DNA from: Psammoneis japonica
Taxonomy: Eukaryota
Length of the DNA: 64,000 nucleotides
Assembly: GCA_008632985.1 (NCBI GenBank)
Contig: QPGO01000236.1
Location: 1-64,000 of the forward strand
Direction: 5' to 3'
Shown: positions 61,201-64,000 of the stretch, in pieces
Position numbering within the stretch: position 1 is the first letter of the stretch
How the letters are laid out: each line of letters begins with the position of its first letter
Made by a program: the position numbers and the translations under genes
Notes under the pieces: generated by a model
What the model was told of the DNA's origin: nothing
The model's database searches: none
What the model saw: only the letters and a program-made list of their open reading frames with translations

Positions 61201-64000
61201 CGAGTCGTTGTGCTGTGGCCAGAGACGTCAAGAAGGTCGTGTCATTAAAGTCGCTTTGCAGATCCTGCGCAGAACGCACACAAGGCAAAAGGCGAAAAGA
61301 CTTTTAGACACACAAAAGTTCGTAGATGGAATGATGCCTTGCATGTGACCATTGACACTTCTTGTGCTTCGCAGCAAGATCCCGTGAAAACTCCAAAACA
61401 TGCAAAGAGCAGCACATCGCAATGACATCCGCCATTGTCCGACAACCAGCCAACACCATCACGTCTCTGTCAACACCGTTTGAGGCAAGCGACGCTTCAT
61501 CCTGCAAGCATTCATTGTGATCATTGATCATGCTGACCACTGTTGTTGGTGCTTTTGCAGCTTCTAGAACCAGAAGACACTCACGGACTGTGCGATTGTG
61601 CAACCGCAAAAAGAGCAGCAGCACCAGCCATCGAGAGATGGCACGATTTGTCTGCCACAAGAGCAACCATCATCACTCAACATGAGCTCCTTTGCCATCA
61701 ATTCATTGCATCTCTTTCGACAAGGCTCAAAACATCACACCTGCACCCTTGATTGCAGAAAGGAGCTTCCCAAGCTCCGGCATCAAGTGGATTGTCTTCT
61801 GCAGAAATTCCCCGATTCGCGCAACTCAAACATTCTGCTCGGTGTTCATCCACCCTTCCGACACTCCCGTGCATTTTGCATGGCGAAACACTCCATCCCA
61901 CCATGGCGAGTCTGTCGGTTGCGGTGGCGTCAATGTTGACATGGGAAGCAGAATCGGGGCATGAATGTCTTGCTCACACCCATGAGAAGATCCCTGAATG
62001 GCAACCTTGCTTCCCAAACTCGATTTAAGTTGCCATTTCTACATTTTTGAATGACTCACCTCATTTTGTGCATTGTTTGCTGCCTCCAACAGAGTGCAAG
62101 TCAGCCAAAAACCTCACCGTCAGAGGATTTGTCAATCGCCAATGTGTCCATTTGATGGTTCAACAAAAGCAGTGGATGTCTAGAAGGGTGCTTCCCCAGA
62201 GAAAAATTCTGGATGGTGCAACACAATGTGAAGAGTGCCAAGGTGGTGCCCGATGAACTTCTTTTCAGCATGTTGCTTCACATTGACCACGACTCCTTTC
62301 TTCGTGCATGTGGACGATGAGCCAGGAGAAAGATTGAGGAGACTCGCAGTCAGCTCAAGACTGGTGATCTTTGTGGCGCAATCATTGTTAAAATCGTTCC
62401 CGAGCACGCAAAGGAGCAATCATGCACTTGTGCCAGTGAATTCCAAGTCGTTCGCAATGACCGAGTTTTGAGACACACAAAACCTGATGAAGTGAAGGCA
62501 GCTTTACATTCCACTGACAATGATGAAGAAACTACATTGTCTCCTGACAAAAGCTTGTCATCATCAAGCCATGTGGCTGCCATTTCTCCAGAAAAACACA
62601 TCAAGCTGAGTGGCTGCTGACCCCCACAAGACTGTGATCAGACACTTTGAAGACTCAATCAAGAGCCAAAAATCTAGTCCACATGAACTAGCGTCAGTTC
62701 TGTCTGACCTGACATTGGAGAGAATGTGTTGGTCCAGGTTTGTCATCTGCAAAGATTCCACCATCTCTTCACTGAAGTCAATTGTGGCGGAGAAGGAGGA
62801 GTTGGCATGCGCCTCAGCTGACGCATCAGCTGACAACACCTGTGTGCAATGCAACAAAAACAATGGTGAGTGCAAGGCAGATCATTGACTGCCATGCATG
62901 AGTGCAAGCGGTCTTCAAGAAGTTGAGGCACGCGCGCAGCGACGGCCACACAAAGAAACAAAGAAAAGCATGACCCGTCTCCCACAGCAAGGGCCAGAGC
63001 AAACACAGATGTTGCTTGAGATTGACTTGACTGGTGAGTGCTTTGTCCTCTCTGATGAAGAGCCCACTGCAAAGTCTTGGGCACCATTGTGCTTTCTGGC
63101 CACCGACGACAAACCTCCACAATCTTGGTGTCAAGTTTTTCTCAAAGATGAAAGTTTTGGCGAAGAACCGAGAGTCAAGGTTGAGCATTGCAGCAAAGGA
63201 AATTAAAAAAACCAGAGCTGCTGGAAAATTTGCCTTGGTGTTGCAGTCAAATGCAAACAGTCACCCACCCATCACTGCCTCCATTGCAGAATCCATCTCT
63301 CCGATGACAAATGCCACACATCCAGCATTGGAGTCATTGCAGGTGCCAATTGTGCCAATGCCAACACCACCCACTCCAACTTTTCCAACTGAATGTTGCC
63401 GGCTGCTCCAATGCCAAACACGACAATGCCGCCTGTGTCAACGATGCTGTCAATGATGACACCTGCACCAACACAAACACCGCTGTGCTGACCACATCTT
63501 GCTCCAACCTCCAATGCCAAGTCCCGCACAGACAGCCACCCAGCACTGCCTGCTCCAACTGCAATGCCACTTGCGCCAACCAATGCCACCGACTGAATCG
63601 CCGGCAGCTCCAATGCAAAAGATGATGCCACCTGCATCAACGACACCATCCATGACACCACCTGTGCCATGCCAAAGACTGCAACATCAAAATGTTGCGA
63701 GTGTCATGCAAATGCAGCTGTCCATCACAGTGTGGTCATTTCACACCCAAAGGAAAAGCCATTGTCATCCATCTGCGAAAGGTGGTCATTGAAAGAAAAA
63801 AATGTGAGGCATTCAAAAAGCTGAAAAGGTCATGGGATGATCACACACAAAGTCTCGCATGATTTTTCTGCAGCGGGTTGAAGAACAGACAATGTGCCAG
63901 GCCTGCGGCCACAATGTCCCACCTTTCACGTGGTGGGGGAGGGACCTGGAGAGGCGTCTTGCAGCCATGTGCATGTCAATGGGAATCTTTTGAAAATGAC
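55300..64000. other. Strongly TpA-depleted region of unidentified degenerate coding and repeat sequence
   Basis: TA almost absent; protein-like fragments (60619-61062, 61145-61348, 62470-63206) cannot be assigned by eye. Confidence 0.6.
59388..59834 (+). mobile_element. Second copy of the 447-bp TRIM
   Basis: TDRs 59388-59497 and 59725-59834, TSD CAAG, PPT GGGGAGGAG; same length as and colinear with the reverse complement of 20655-21101. Confidence 0.92.

Noticed and set aside
13230..64000. Classical fungal RIP
   Set aside because: RIP creates TpA; here TpA is depleted and conserved Tyr codons show the opposite direction.
13230..64000. Alternative genetic code or recoding of Tyr
   Set aside because: Host genes and the integrase use Tyr and TAA/TAG/TGA normally.

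Overview
Eukaryotic genomic DNA, most likely a pennate diatom or other stramenopile (inferred from short, apparently intron-poor genes and diatom-type Copia gag and chromo-like motifs). The first ~13 kb holds host-like genes: a sulfotransferase-like protein, two SnoaL/NTF2-like proteins, a membrane protein, an O-fucosyltransferase-like protein, and a cellular RNA-dependent RNA polymerase (DLDGD) with Tudor/chromo-like domains. The rest is a nested transposon cluster: a Copia relic containing a complete Gypsy element that itself contains a 447-bp TRIM; a piggyBac-type MITE; and a Helitron Rep-PIF1 helicase with a 4.8-kb tandem duplication, next to DOT1-like, TET/JBP-like, SET and F-box genes. 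The most striking signal is a domain-restricted, strand-symmetric hypermutation converting TpA to TpG or CpA, superimposed on ordinary CpG decay. Its direction is opposite to fungal RIP. It is shown directly by the two LTRs, by the duplicated Helitron copies and by catalytic Tyr to His/Cys changes. It has sharp boundaries and spares small islands. It also erases TAA/TAG stops, which explains most of the spurious long His/Cys-rich ORFs in the ORF track. Several 1-bp frameshifts in homopolymers look like assembly errors. All family calls are from motif recognition by eye; no searches were run.
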